From NCBI GenBank assembly GCA_003522085.1, contig DPGI01000009.1:66483-130482 (forward strand): DNA of 64,000 nt, in the 5' to 3' direction. A program made the position numbers and the translations under genes. The notes under the pieces were generated by a model. The model was given only the letters and a program-made list of their open reading frames with translations, did no database searches and was not told the origin of the DNA. Numbering within the stretch: position 1 is the first letter of the stretch; every line of letters starts with the position of its first letter. This DNA comes from Clostridiales bacterium (lineage in GTDB: Bacteria > Bacillota > Clostridia > Christensenellales > UBA1242). Shown here piece by piece: positions 1-8,772 of this stretch.

Positions 1-1052
1 AGAAATACTGGTTTTTTGAACACTTCTTCTGTTAAATATCTTTCGTGTTCTGATTGAAGGTCAACACCCCAATTTACTGGGAAAACAAATCTGTCTTTAA
101 CATTTTCTAAAATGCTGATTGCTTCGGTGTAATCAAGTCTAACAAAATCGTTTTCAACAACGTTTTTAAGTCTTTCGATAAGTCCTGTGTCAACAAAACG
201 GTTTAAAAATTCCATTTCGTCATGGCAGTTTTCCATAACATAAGAAATTACGTATTTAACCATTTCTTCTTCGTTGTCCATCAGCTCGTCAAGTTCGCAG
301 AAGCACATTTCAGGTTCCATCATCCAAAACTCAGCAGCGTGGCGAGTTGTGTTTGACTTTTCTGCACGGAAAGTTGGGCCAAATGTGTAAGTTTTGCCAA
401 AAGCGTGAGTAAGGCATTCTTCGTTTAATTGCCCCGAAACAGTAAGCGATGCCTTTTTGCCGAAAAAGTCTTTTGAATAGTCAACTTTTCCGTCTTTTGC
501 TATGCGATCAAGATCGAGTGTTGTAACTTGAAACATTTCGCCTGCGCCTTCGCAATCGCTGCCTGTTATAATTGGAGTGTGAACGTAAACAAAATTGCGT
601 TCATTAAAGTATTTATGAATTGCATAAGCGGCAGTTGAACGAATTTTAAAAACAGCATTAAAAAGGTTTCCCCTTGCGCGAATAAAAGGAATACTTCTTA
701 AAAACTCAATAGAATGTCCCTTTTTTTGAAGAGGATAATCTGTTGCAGATGTTCCTAAAACCTCCGCCTTGTCAGCGTTTATTTCAAAAGGTTGTTTTGC
801 TTGTGGGGTCACAATAACTTTTCCCACAATTTCAAATGAAGCGCCAACATTTTGTTTAACAAGTTCGTCATAGTTTGCAAGTTTGCTTCTTTCTAGCACG
901 ATTTGCACGCTTTTGAAAGATCCGTCGTTAAGTTCGATAAATCCGATGTTTTTCGAATCACGAACGGTTCTTGCCCAACCGCAAACAGTAACAGTTTTGC
1001 CGTCATAATCTGCAAAGTTTTTTTGAAGGGTTTTAAGTTCTGTTCTTTTCAT
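1..1052 (-). CDS. asnS: asparaginyl-tRNA synthetase, N-terminal ~350 codons (C-terminus runs off the left edge)
   Basis: Open at the window edge, so absent from the ORF track. Minus-strand translation from the ATG at 1050-1052 reads MKRTELKTLQKNFADYDGKTVTVCGWARTVRDSKNIGFIELNDGSF... and later YTFGPTFRAEKSNTTRHAAEFWMMEPEM, a class IIb AsnRS signature. The ATG overlaps the aspS stop by 1 nt (TAATG). Confidence 0.88.
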   Translation of the reverse strand, partial: MKRTELKTLQKNFADYDGKTVTVCGWARTVRDSKNIGFIELNDGSFKSVQIVLERSKLANYDELVKQNVGASFEIVGKVIVTPQAKQPFEINADKAEVLGTSATDYPLQKKGHSIEFLRSIPFIRARGNLFNAVFKIRSTAAYAIHKYFNERNFVYVHTPIITGSDCEGAGEMFQVTTLDLDRIAKDGKVDYSKDFFGKKASLTVSGQLNEECLTHAFGKTYTFGPTFRAEKSNTTRHAAEFWMMEPEMCFCELDELMDNEEEMVKYVISYVMENCHDEMEFLNRFVDTGLIERLKNVVENDFVRLDYTEAISILENVKDRFVFPVNWGVDLQSEHERYLTEEVFKKPVF

Positions 1053-2806
1053 TATTTATCTCCTTTGTCGATGAGTTGAATTCCAACTTCTCTTAAGAAT
1101 TTGTCGTCGATCTTGCTTGGAGCGTTCATCATAAGGTCTCTTGCGTTGTTGCTGAGTGGGAACGCAATAATTTCGCGCATAAGTTCTTTATTCGCGACAA
1201 TCATCAAAAGTGAGTCAAAACCAAATGCGCAGCCAGCGTGAGGTGGAGCGCCATATGAGAATGCTGAATAGAGTGCGCCGAATTTTTGTTTAACGACTTC
1301 TTCGTTGTATCCAACCATATCAAACACTTTAAGCATGACGTCTTGGTCGTGGTTTCTAACTGCACCACTCAAACATTCGTGTCCATTGATAACCATGTCA
1401 TATTGATAAGCCAAAATGTCATATGGATTTTTTGTGCTGAGTTCTTCTAAGGTTGCTTGTGGCATACTGAATGGGTTGTGCCCAAAGTCAATTTTGCCTG
1501 TTTCTTTGTTCTTTTCAAAGAATGGGAAGTCAACAATCCAGCACATAGCAATAGCGTTTTTGTCGATAAGGTTAAGGCGATTGCCAAGTTCGTTTCTCAA
1601 AACGTTTGCAAGTTTTGGCGCCATTTCTTCGCTGTCTGCAACGATGAAAATGCTTTCTCCGCCTTTAAGATTGAATTCTTTAATAATGTTTGCTTTATCT
1701 TCGTCGTTTAAGAATTTTACAATACTTCCGCTGAATTCGCCGTCATGATATTTAACCCAAGCGCAGCCTTTGCCTTCATAAGCAACAATAACCTGTCCTA
1801 TTTCGTCATACCACTTGCGTGATTTTTCTCCAACGTCAGTTGCTATTGCTTTGATTGTTTTGCCTTTAAAAGCATTAAATTCGGTATTAGCAAAAATCTT
1901 TGTAAGGTCGTGCACAATAAGCGGATTTCTAAGGTCAGGTTTATCCGAGCAATACTTGTCCATCGCTTCACGGTAAGGAATACGAGTAAGTGGAACAGTT
2001 GAAACTTTACGCTCTGGTGCAAGAGTGCGGAAAAGGTCAGAAATAAATTCTTCACATACAGCAAAAACGTCTTCTTGCGTTGCAAAACTCATTTCAAAGT
2101 CAACTTGATAAAATTCGCCAGGTGAACGGTCTGCACGTGCTGGTTCGTTTCTGAAGCATGGAGCAACTTGGAAATATCTATCAAATCCGGCAACCATTAA
2201 AAGCTGTTTAAATTGTTGTGGCGCTTGTGGAAGAGCAAAAAACTCGCCAGGAGCATTCACTGTTGGCACGATAAAGTCACGTGCGCCTTCTGGGCTTGAA
2301 TTTGCAAGAATTGGTGTTTGAACTTCTGTAAAGCCCATGTTATACATTTTGTTTCTTACAAAGTTAAGCATCTTGCTTCTAAGCACGATTATGTTGTGAT
2401 TTTCTTGATTTCTAAGGTCGAGATAACGATATTTAAGTCTTAATGCTTCGCCTGTTGAATTTGATGAAGAAATTTCAAAAGGAAGAGTTGATTGGCACTT
2501 TCCTAAAACTACTATTCTATCAACTACAACTTCAATATCGCCAGTAGGCATTTTAGGGTTTTTGCTTTCGCGTTCTACAACTATGCCGTGTGCTGAAATT
2601 GTGCACTCTTTGTTTACGTTTTTCATAAGGTCGTAGTCTTTAACAACAAGTTGTGTAATTCCATAATGGTCTCTAAGCGTAACAAAAGTAAGCCCGCCAA
2701 GTTCACGAATGCTGTTAACCCAACCAGCCAAAACGACTTCTCTTCCTGCGTCAGCAAGTCTTAAACTTCCGCAGTCGCAATTTCTGTAAATATTTTTTGT
2801 AATCAT
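1052..2806 (-). CDS. aspS: aspartyl-tRNA synthetase (bacterial type, 584 aa)
   Basis: Full-length ORF. OB-fold N-domain, class II motifs (FFALPQAPQQFKQLLM, APCFRNEPARADRSPGEFYQVDFEMSF, GAPPHAGCAFGFDSL) and the bacterial insertion domain are present. AGGAGA sits 7 nt upstream of the ATG. Confidence 0.95.
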   Translation of the reverse strand: MITKNIYRNCDCGSLRLADAGREVVLAGWVNSIRELGGLTFVTLRDHYGITQLVVKDYDLMKNVNKECTISAHGIVVERESKNPKMPTGDIEVVVDRIVVLGKCQSTLPFEISSSNSTGEALRLKYRYLDLRNQENHNIIVLRSKMLNFVRNKMYNMGFTEVQTPILANSSPEGARDFIVPTVNAPGEFFALPQAPQQFKQLLMVAGFDRYFQVAPCFRNEPARADRSPGEFYQVDFEMSFATQEDVFAVCEEFISDLFRTLAPERKVSTVPLTRIPYREAMDKYCSDKPDLRNPLIVHDLTKIFANTEFNAFKGKTIKAIATDVGEKSRKWYDEIGQVIVAYEGKGCAWVKYHDGEFSGSIVKFLNDEDKANIIKEFNLKGGESIFIVADSEEMAPKLANVLRNELGNRLNLIDKNAIAMCWIVDFPFFEKNKETGKIDFGHNPFSMPQATLEELSTKNPYDILAYQYDMVINGHECLSGAVRNHDQDVMLKVFDMVGYNEEVVKQKFGALYSAFSYGAPPHAGCAFGFDSLLMIVANKELMREIIAFPLSNNARDLMMNAPSKIDDKFLREVGIQLIDKGDK

Positions 2807-2821
2807 AAATTTCTCCTTTTA

Positions 2822-3044
2822 AAGCGTTAAAAAATCCTAACGCAATCATCTGCGTTAGGACGAAAAATTCCGTGGTGCCACCTAACTTACCCGAATGGGT
2901 CACTCTTTTGTTAAGTTTACGAACTTAATATCGGTCAAACTAAAGAAACTGTCTTCAACCTATCGCAAGTCGCTGACGATTTTCACTGTCTCGTCTCACT
3001 GTAAGCCGCAGGTAGGCATACTCTTTTTCTGTCAAACATTTAAC
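2822..3044 (-). promoter_or_regulatory. T-box riboswitch leader of the aspS-asnS operon
   Basis: The minus strand reads ...AAGTTAGGTGGCACCACGG (2871-2888), matching the T-box consensus GGGTGGTACCGCG-like sequence. It is followed by terminator TCCTAACGCA/TGCGTTAGGA (2835-2860) plus U6. Upstream AGTGAGACGAGACAGTGAAAATCGTC looks like Stem I. The candidate specifier is GAC in GGTTGAAGACAG (forward 2951-2953). Confidence 0.75.
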
Positions 3045-3050
3045 ACTAAA

Positions 3051-3079
3051 ATCATAAATATTTTTTAACAATTTGTCAA
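3051..3079 (-). promoter_or_regulatory. sigma-A type promoter for the aspS leader
   Basis: Minus strand: TTGACA (3074-3079), 17-nt spacer, TATGAT (3051-3056). Confidence 0.5.
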
Positions 3080-3091
3080 GCGCTTAAACGC

Positions 3092-3421
3092 CTATTTTTT
3101 AAAGCGAATAAAATAGTCTTCGTCGTTTAATTTTAACTTTGAAAGTTTTTCAAGTTTTTGATAAAGGCTGTCCCCTTTTTCAATCCCCGCCATGCGGATA
3201 ATATCTGGACGATTCAAACAACCGGCGATTTCGCAGAACTGTGAAAACAGATTTTGGCTGCGGCGATTTTGGCTGCCGAAAAGATTGTAAAGTTCAAGTC
3301 CAAAATATTTTTCATCGGCCTTCTTTTCATTTTCTATATTAGAGTTATAAACAAACTCATTGCTGTCATTGTCAAAAGACAAAACGCCAAGTTCGAATTC
3401 TTTATAAAACAGGCTTATCAT
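3092..3421 (-). CDS. small protein resembling the HipA N-terminal subdomain (HipS-like), 109 aa
   Basis: I place the start at the ATG at 3421 (MISLFYKEFELGVLSF...), which has AAGGAGG 7 nt upstream, rather than the track start at 3448. The pattern of a beta-strand N-terminus with G-x-L...F-x-Y, then LFSQF...RPDIIRMAGIEKGDSLYQKLE, resembles the HipA_N/couple_hipA layout. It overlaps the end of the upstream kinase gene by 20 nt. Confidence 0.45.
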   Translation of the reverse strand: MISLFYKEFELGVLSFDNDSNEFVYNSNIENEKKADEKYFGLELYNLFGSQNRRSQNLFSQFCEIAGCLNRPDIIRMAGIEKGDSLYQKLEKLSKLKLNDEDYFIRFKK

Positions 3422-4592
3422 TTTCAGCCTCCTTAGGTTTAGATTCAACAGCTTTTGTATCGGTGAGTTTTTTCTCTTTGCTAAGTTTTGTCTTTACAAT
3501 CTTGTCAAGCATACGCGAAGTTTCGCAAGATACTGCTTTAACCATATCGATGCAAAATGCCGGGATCGTGTTTGTCTTTATTTCATTATACTTTTTTGCA
3601 GCCAAGTCTAAATCCACTTTTTTAACACTTTCATAAAATTCAAAAAGTTGCGGATTTGTGGCAATTTCGTCGGCAAGTTCGTTTTGCAAAGTTGTAAGGT
3701 CGCGCTCGGCCTGTTTAATCATACTTTCGCCTTTGCATTTTTCGCAGTTTGGTCTGCAAGTAAAACTCTGACTTTCAGTTTTGTAAATATATGAAATGTC
3801 AGTTTTAACTCCAAGCATAGGCATATTTGAAAGCATTAAGTTTTTAATAAATTTCATTCTGCTGTTTTTATCGCGACACTTAGCATATTGCTCGGCATTA
3901 TGTTTAATCTTTTTATCCGAAAAATTTAAAAAGCCAATATTTCCGCAATCATAAAATGGATTAAGTCTAAATGTATCGTGCCCGATTGACTTATCATAAC
4001 TAAACGAAATATTGTAATAGTGCAAATCGCTCATGTCGTAAACATATTGCAAAAGGCAATATTTAAGCATATTTGTGCGAAGTTGTTCAAAGTCAATGTT
4101 GTTCTTTTTATACATAAATTGAATCATTTTAGCATAATCTTCAACATTGTTTTTGTCATTTATTTTTTCGCCAAAGTTGTTGTCATACATGGTGTCTTTA
4201 TACTTTTGATTTACAGCATATCCCGACATTTCAAAAATGTTTTCATTTTCTTTGTAGTTTTTACTTATAATGGCATCATACTTAACGCCGTCACATTCAA
4301 AATCGGCGACAAGATATTTAGCATATGGAAGTTTGAGTTGATCTAAAATCCCACACATTAAAAACTGGCCTGCATCTTCTTCTGTTCTTATTCTTTGGTC
4401 GCTATATTTTAAAAGATAGGCTTGCATATTTTTTTCGTTGCAAATCCAAAACTTGCTTTTCTTGCCACGGCTGTCAATTTTGCCGTTGCGAAGTTCGCCG
4501 TCAACATAACAACAAACCAATTTTTCTGTTGGCGACTTTTCAAGTTCAAACGCTTCAATTTTATGCACTTTATTTTCGTCTAGTTCTAACAT
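3402..4592 (-). CDS. HipA_C-like serine/threonine kinase fold protein, 396 aa
   Basis: MSDLHYYNISF matches the HipA catalytic loop D-x-H-x-x-N-[FI]-S. LNPFYDCGN lies 26 residues later and matches the P-x-YD Mg-binding segment. AYLLKYSD...LMCGILDQLKLPYAKY resembles the HipA lobe preceding it. GAGGG RBS is present. A Lys/Glu-rich C-terminal tail follows. Confidence 0.55.
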   Translation of the reverse strand: MLELDENKVHKIEAFELEKSPTEKLVCCYVDGELRNGKIDSRGKKSKFWICNEKNMQAYLLKYSDQRIRTEEDAGQFLMCGILDQLKLPYAKYLVADFECDGVKYDAIISKNYKENENIFEMSGYAVNQKYKDTMYDNNFGEKINDKNNVEDYAKMIQFMYKKNNIDFEQLRTNMLKYCLLQYVYDMSDLHYYNISFSYDKSIGHDTFRLNPFYDCGNIGFLNFSDKKIKHNAEQYAKCRDKNSRMKFIKNLMLSNMPMLGVKTDISYIYKTESQSFTCRPNCEKCKGESMIKQAERDLTTLQNELADEIATNPQLFEFYESVKKVDLDLAAKKYNEIKTNTIPAFCIDMVKAVSCETSRMLDKIVKTKLSKEKKLTDTKAVESKPKEAENDKPVL

Positions 4593-4632
4593 TTTTCCCT
4601 CAAGTAAATTTTATCAAATTTTACTTTTATTG

Positions 4633-5712
4633 TCAATGCCCGGCAATGCTAATTTTACCGTCATCAATAATGATATTGTTTGCAAGTGACTGAGTAAAGT
4701 TGATGTCGGTGGTTGTAATAAACGTTTGACATCTGTTTGTAAATTTTAACAATCTTTTTCTTCTATTTTCATCAAGTTCTGAAAACACATCATCTAAAAT
4801 TAAAATTGGATATTCGCCCGTTCTTTCTCTGATAATTTCAAGTTCGGCAAGTTTAAGCGAAAGCGCAGCAGTTCTCTGCTGTCCTTGTGATCCAAAACTT
4901 TTCACTTCAACGCCATTTAAGAAAATATCAATATCGTCTCGGTGAGGTCCATACGAAGTAAAACCAAGTTTAAAATCTTTATCAAAACTCTTTTCAAGTT
5001 TTTTAATGTATTCTTCTTCGCTTTCAACATCGATGCCTTTGTATGCGATTTGCAGTTTTTCGCCGTTTGAAATAAACTCGTTTGCCTTTTCTGCATATGG
5101 CGCAATTTCTCGTATAAATTGTTTTCGCTCGTTTGCAATTTTTAATCCAGCGGAGGCTAATGCTTTGTTCCAAATGTCAATGGTCTCTAAAATGACATCT
5201 TTATTTTGAGTGGATTTTAAAAGCTTGTTTCGGTTGTCTAAAATCTTTTCATATCTCGAAATTAAATAAAAATATCTTTTGTTTGTCTGCGAAATGTCAA
5301 TATTCATAAATCTGCGGCGCTCTTCTGGACTTTCTTTAACAAGTTTAAGTTCGTCCGGCGAAAAGAACACGATAGGAACTTCGCCAAGCACATCTCCTAT
5401 TCTTCTTATATTGATTCCGTCCATTCTTACAATCTTTTTTTGAGATTTCTGCAAGATGACGTCAATCTTTTTCTCTCTAAATTCGTTTTTCGCAACTATC
5501 GAAATTGAGGCTCTCTCTTCACCCCACTTAATAAGTTCTTTTTCCTTGCTTGTGCGAAAACTTTTGCCTATGCAAGCAAAGTAAATAGCTTCAATTAAAT
5601 TGGTTTTTCCTTGCGCGTTTTTGCCAACAATAGAGTTAACGTCGGGTGAAAAGAAAACATCGGCGTTTGAATAAGAACGAAAGTTTTTAAGACGGATTGA
5701 TTGCAATTTCAT
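4633..5712 (-). CDS. recF: DNA replication and repair protein RecF
   Basis: MKLQSIRLKNFRSY..., Walker A GKNAQGKTNLIEAI, and SMC-like signature SQGQQRTAALSLKLAE...LILDDVFSELD. The ATG at 5712 is preferred over the in-frame GTG at 5715. There is no SD, and a -10-like TATATT lies 7 nt upstream. Confidence 0.92.
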   Translation of the reverse strand: MKLQSIRLKNFRSYSNADVFFSPDVNSIVGKNAQGKTNLIEAIYFACIGKSFRTSKEKELIKWGEERASISIVAKNEFREKKIDVILQKSQKKIVRMDGINIRRIGDVLGEVPIVFFSPDELKLVKESPEERRRFMNIDISQTNKRYFYLISRYEKILDNRNKLLKSTQNKDVILETIDIWNKALASAGLKIANERKQFIREIAPYAEKANEFISNGEKLQIAYKGIDVESEEEYIKKLEKSFDKDFKLGFTSYGPHRDDIDIFLNGVEVKSFGSQGQQRTAALSLKLAELEIIRERTGEYPILILDDVFSELDENRRKRLLKFTNRCQTFITTTDINFTQSLANNIIIDDGKISIAGH

Positions 5713-5784
5713 CACTTATAATATAGCACATTTACAAAATAACTTAAACAGTTTGAAAAACTTTTTTGTAAACTTTTGTTTTGT

Positions 5785-5813
5785 TTGACTTAATTTGGTT
5801 TAATGTGTAAAAT
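5785..5813 (+). promoter_or_regulatory. candidate dnaA promoter
   Basis: TTGACT (5785-5790), 17-nt spacer, TAAAAT (5808-5813), about 30 nt upstream of the dnaA ATG. Confidence 0.45.
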
Positions 5814-5844
5814 TGTAATAGATATTTAAAAGTGGAAGGACAAA

Positions 5845-7191
5845 ATGCACGACACCAACAACTTATGGAACATTGTTTTAGAAAAATTGGAACTATCTCT
5901 TTCAAACGTTTCATATTCAATGTGGTTTAAAGATTCAAAAGTTATCGACCTTGCAGACGATGTTCTTTTTATTTCTGCAAAATCCACATTTGCTAAAAAT
6001 CAAATCTTGAAAAACTACTTCGACAAACTCAAATCTGCTGTCGATGATATTTTTGGCGAAAACATCGAAATCGAAATTTTAGATCCAGATGAAGAAGCAA
6101 AATATGTTGCTAAAAACAAACCTGCTGAAACAAAAGACATCGAACCTGTTAAAAATCCACTCAATCCAAAATTTACTTTCAACAATTTCGTTGTGGGAAA
6201 ATCAAATCAAACAGCATATGCCGCGTCAAAAGCTGTTGCAGAAAATCCAGGAAAAACTTTCAACCCATTGTTTTTGTATGGTGGAGTTGGACTTGGAAAA
6301 ACTCACCTTTTGCACGCAATCGGAAACTACATTAAACAAAACAGTCCAAAACTCGAAATAAGATATGTTACTTGCGAACAGTTTACAAACGACTACATCG
6401 AATCACTTGGCTCGACAGGTAAAAACAAAACCTATCAAGAGTTTAGAGATAAATACAGAAATTGCGACGTTTTGATGGTCGATGATATTCAGTTTATCTC
6501 AAAAAAGACAAGCACGCAAGAAGAGTTTTTCAACACCTTTAACGATCTCATTCAATATGGCAAGCAAATTATAATTGCTTCAGATCGTCACCCAAAAGAA
6601 ATTCCAACACTTGAAGAAAGATTACGCTCGCGCCTGTTGCAAGGTTTGACGCAAGACCTTACTCCACCCGACTTTGAAACTCGCGTTGCTATTTTAAGAA
6701 AAAAATGCCAAATCGAAAAATATTCAATAAGCGACGATGCGATTGAATACATTGCAGAAAAAATTGATTCAAACGTTCGTGAACTTGAAGGTATGCTTTC
6801 AAAAGTGTGTTTCCTTTCAAACCTAATAGGAAAAACATCGGCTGACCTTTCCGACGTTAAAGAAGCGTTCAGTGACAAGTATGAAGAAAAAAATGAAGGC
6901 GGGGCAAACACCGACCAAATCATATCAGCAGTTTGTGAATATTTTGGAATTTCGCGAGACGACATTGTCGGTAAAAAGAAAAGTAAAGAAATTGTAGAGC
7001 CAAGAATGATTGCTATATATATGATAAGCGAAATGCTTGAACTCCCACTTGTTTCAATCGGAAAAATATTCGGCGGAAGAGATCACACAACAATCATGCA
7101 CTCGCGTGACAAGATATCCGACGAAATGAAAACAAACCGCAAAACACAAACGATTGTCAGCGAAATTAAAAAAATGTTGACAAGTGGATAA
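5845..7191 (+). CDS. dnaA: chromosomal replication initiator DnaA
   Basis: AAA+ Walker A GGVGLGKTHLLHAIG, VLMVDDIQF box, and C-terminal DNA-binding domain ...IAIYMISEMLELPLVSIGKIFGGRDHTTIMHSRDKI. Confidence 0.97.
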   Translation: MHDTNNLWNIVLEKLELSLSNVSYSMWFKDSKVIDLADDVLFISAKSTFAKNQILKNYFDKLKSAVDDIFGENIEIEILDPDEEAKYVAKNKPAETKDIEPVKNPLNPKFTFNNFVVGKSNQTAYAASKAVAENPGKTFNPLFLYGGVGLGKTHLLHAIGNYIKQNSPKLEIRYVTCEQFTNDYIESLGSTGKNKTYQEFRDKYRNCDVLMVDDIQFISKKTSTQEEFFNTFNDLIQYGKQIIIASDRHPKEIPTLEERLRSRLLQGLTQDLTPPDFETRVAILRKKCQIEKYSISDDAIEYIAEKIDSNVRELEGMLSKVCFLSNLIGKTSADLSDVKEAFSDKYEEKNEGGANTDQIISAVCEYFGISRDDIVGKKKSKEIVEPRMIAIYMISEMLELPLVSIGKIFGGRDHTTIMHSRDKISDEMKTNRKTQTIVSEIKKMLTSG

Positions 7192-7385
7192 AAAAATGTT
7201 TTTGTAAACAAGTTATAAACATCTTTCCCACACAAACAAAAACCATATATAGTGTCACATTCGACAAAAACAAGCAAAATGTTGCACTTGAAACAAAAAA
7301 AATTAGGCTTATCCACATTTGCACATCCACTACTATTATTACTAATACTTAAATAAAAAAAATAATATATCAAAGGCGCGCGCCA
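7183..7385. other. oriC-like dnaA-dnaN spacer
   Basis: A perfect DnaA box TTATCCACA lies at 7309-7317. An 8/9 box AGTGGATAA at 7183-7191 overlaps the dnaA stop. Weaker boxes are TTTCCCACA (7224-7232) and ACATCCACT (7323-7331). A phased TAN trinucleotide run TAC TAT TAT TAC TAA TAC (7331-7348) leads into an A/T-only stretch (7349-7372). The palindrome GGCGCGCGCC sits at 7376-7385. The coding strand switches across this neighbourhood. Confidence 0.6.
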
Positions 7386-7400
7386 AAGGAGAAAAAAATT

Positions 7401-8501
7401 ATGTTATTAAATTGTTCAGGACTTGAATTATCAGATGCTTTTTTAAGAGTAAGTAAAGCACTTTCAAACAAGCCAACAAATCCAATCTTAGAAGGAATTA
7501 AAATCTCAGCAGAAGACAACGAACTTACTTTAAGTGCAACTGATACCGACCTTTCAATTGAAAAGAAAATTAAAGCAGACATTAAAGTTGAAGGAGAAAC
7601 AGTTGTTCCTGGAAAGTTTATAACCGAGTTTGTTAAAAAACTTTCAAACTCAGAAATTGAACTTGAAGTTAACGATAAAAATCAACTTCTCATTCGCTAT
7701 GACGGAAACGAAAGCATCATTCAATGCTACAACGTAATTGAATATCCTGGATTTAAAAAGCTCAAAACTGACGAATGGTTTGGAATAAGTCAAAAAGATT
7801 TAAAAGCACTTATAAGCAAAACAATCTTTTCAGTGGCGCTTGATGATTCAAGACCAATTTTGAAAGGAGTGCTTTTTGATATTGACCAAAAAGAAATAAG
7901 CGCAGTAGCGCTTGATGGATACAGACTTGCACGTGTTAAGAAAAAGTCAACAGCAAATGTTAAAAAGCAAATTGTTGTCCCTACCCGCTCACTCAACGAA
8001 ATATCAAAACTTCTTGACGACAGCGACGATATTATCAACGTTTACATCGACTCAAATGCAATCATGATTGATACAGTCGACACAAAGATTATTTCAAGAC
8101 TTTTAGAAGGTGATTTTGTAAACTACAAACAAATCATTCCAATGAACTATGAAACATTTGTAATAGTAAACAAACTTCAACTCGAAGATGCTCTTGAAAG
8201 AGTTTCACTCCTTTCAAAAGTTGGACAAAACAACTTTGTAAAATTTGACATTAAAGAAGGCGCTGTTCAACTTACATCAAATTCAGAAATAGGAAATATT
8301 AAAGAAAAAATTTCGGCAGTTTTAAATGGCAAAGATGTGACAATCGCTTTTAACCCTAGATTTATTTTAGAAAGTTTAAAAGCAAGCAACGACGAATTTG
8401 TTAAACTTTGCTTAAACACATCATCAAACCCATGTGTTATTGTTCCAACAGAAGGCGACGAATTCTTGTATTTAATTCTTCCTGTAAGAATGTTTGGATA
8501 A
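7401..8501 (+). CDS. dnaN: DNA polymerase III beta sliding clamp
   Basis: 366 aa with the three-domain clamp pattern (...ILEGIKISAEDNELTLSATD..., ...LDGYRLA..., C-terminal ...YLILPVRM). GGAG RBS. Located immediately after dnaA. Confidence 0.95.
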   Translation: MLLNCSGLELSDAFLRVSKALSNKPTNPILEGIKISAEDNELTLSATDTDLSIEKKIKADIKVEGETVVPGKFITEFVKKLSNSEIELEVNDKNQLLIRYDGNESIIQCYNVIEYPGFKKLKTDEWFGISQKDLKALISKTIFSVALDDSRPILKGVLFDIDQKEISAVALDGYRLARVKKKSTANVKKQIVVPTRSLNEISKLLDDSDDIINVYIDSNAIMIDTVDTKIISRLLEGDFVNYKQIIPMNYETFVIVNKLQLEDALERVSLLSKVGQNNFVKFDIKEGAVQLTSNSEIGNIKEKISAVLNGKDVTIAFNPRFILESLKASNDEFVKLCLNTSSNPCVIVPTEGDEFLYLILPVRMFG

Positions 8502-8515
8502 AATAATAACAACTC

Positions 8516-8546
8516 AAACTAGGCCTAATAGGGTCTAGTTTTTTTA
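8516..8546 (+). terminator. intrinsic terminator after dnaN
   Basis: AAACTAGGCC / GGGTCTAGTTT stem (10 bp including one G-U), 6-nt loop, then a T-run. Confidence 0.55.
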
Positions 8547-8627
8547 TTTAATAAGCAAAATTTAAGTTGACAAACAAAACCATTTCTTTTATACTTAGTG
8601 AGTTAAACTATTAAAAGGAGTCGACTG

Positions 8628-8762
8628 ATGAAAAGAACATATCAACCTAAAAAAGCAAAAAGACAAAAAGTTCACGGCTTTAGAGAAAGAATGAGAACCA
8701 ACGGCGGAAGAAACGTTATCAAAAGAAGACGCGCTCGCGGAAGAAAAAATCTTGCTGCGTAA
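8628..8762 (+). CDS. rpmH: 50S ribosomal protein L34 (44 aa)
   Basis: Below the ORF-track size cutoff. Translation is [50 protein letters not shown] lies 8 nt upstream. Confidence 0.95.
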   Translation: MKRTYQPKKAKRQKVHGFRERMRTNGGRNVIKRRRARGRKNLAA

Positions 8763-8772
8763 GGATTAAAAA

